A stretch of DNA of 64,000 nt, taken from NCBI GenBank assembly GCA_030427805.1, contig JAUICP010000004.1:350705-414704 (forward strand), written 5' to 3'. Made by a program: the position numbers and the translations under genes. The notes beneath the pieces were generated by a model. It did no database searches. It was not told where the DNA came from and worked only from the letters and a program-made list of their open reading frames with translations. Source of the DNA: Bdellovibrionia bacterium. GTDB taxonomy: Bacteria > Bdellovibrionota > Bdellovibrionia > Bdellovibrionales > JAGQZY01. The stretch's first letter is position 1. Every line of letters begins with the position of its first letter. Shown one piece after another: positions 63,552-64,000 of this stretch.

Positions 63552-64000
63552 GGGCGCCACAGTATACGAGCCCGAGCTCAGGAGCAATAGATCCTTTCTC
63601 CCCAGCAAAAGTCTTAAGAAATTCTTAATTTGAGCCGATTGAAATAGAAGCGGGAGATTGTATTGCATTTCAAGTCCTATTTGTTTTTCCTTATCAACTT
63701 TGTAGTTTGGATCGGACTCACCCAAGAGGCGCTGGCTTGTGACATTTCCGATTTGGGGTTTCGTGAAAGAAATCTCATACAGATGTGTACTGGACAGGAA
63801 GTTGAAGGTCGAACCATGCCCGGCCTCAATTTCGATGAGGTTCGCACCAGAGGACGTGAGCTACTCTCCATTCACCACGGCTTTTTCAGTCAAAACAGTT
63901 CTGATTTTCCCGCCCAATCAAGAATCAGAGAAGCAATGGGCCAATGCTTGAGTGATTCCGCAAGACAAGAACTTGCCCTTGATTGGTTCCAACAGGCATG

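Noticed and set aside
1-64000. CRISPR arrays, tRNA, rRNA, tmRNA/RNase P-type RNAs
   Set aside because: No regularly spaced direct repeats occur outside coding tandem repeats. No cloverleaf-like or rRNA-like segments were seen in any intergenic gap by eye. A covariance-model scan (tRNAscan-SE, Infernal) would be needed to exclude them formally.

Overview
This is a densely coding, moderately AT-rich bacterial chromosomal window with about 58 supportable protein genes. I saw no rRNA, tRNA or CRISPR array by eye. Strong GGAGGTGA-type Shine-Dalgarno sites and many 1-4 nt start/stop overlaps define operons.

The gene content includes many exported hydrolases, giant surface proteins, multiple envelope machines and a histone-H1-like protein. 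This would fit a Bdellovibrio/Bacteriovorax-like predatory lineage, but that placement is inference only.

Recognisable blocks, left to right:
- Nitroreductase, then two tandem HPF-like small proteins.
- CBS-pair protein.
- An exported-enzyme patch: transglutaminase-like/beta-rich protein, L,D-transpeptidase, GHSLG lipase, vWA protein.
- A translationally coupled MIP channel and LMW-PTP-type ArsC.
- An acidic outer-membrane protein and a 1276-aa coiled-coil exported protein.
- A 647-bp intergenic region with an orphan terminator.
- A TPR/winged-helix regulator.
- An osmoadaptation locus: MscS divergent from the three-gene NAGGN osmoprotectant set (asnO-like, ngg, M42 peptidase).
- A coupled Zn-peptidase/ATP-grasp pair.
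- A Hanks kinase divergent from a 3032-aa Ig-repeat/LamG lipoprotein.
- An IS1-like element carrying a roughly 150-nt GC-rich palindrome.
- Housekeeping genes: rnhA, tcdA, tatD, orn, ahcY, map.
- A seven-gene operon built around an AmnAB-like extradiol dioxygenase.
- A histone-H1-like/SWIB fusion.
- An MFS transporter.

The best candidate for an undescribed system is the six-gene minus-strand operon at 36990-42377. In order it encodes a PEGA/TPR lipoprotein, a membrane-anchored protein with a FliF-like periplasmic ring motif fused to a full FliG-like cytoplasmic region, a small outer-membrane beta-barrel, MotA, MotB and a helical-repeat membrane protein. It reads as a self-contained rotor-stator envelope module with no other flagellar genes nearby.
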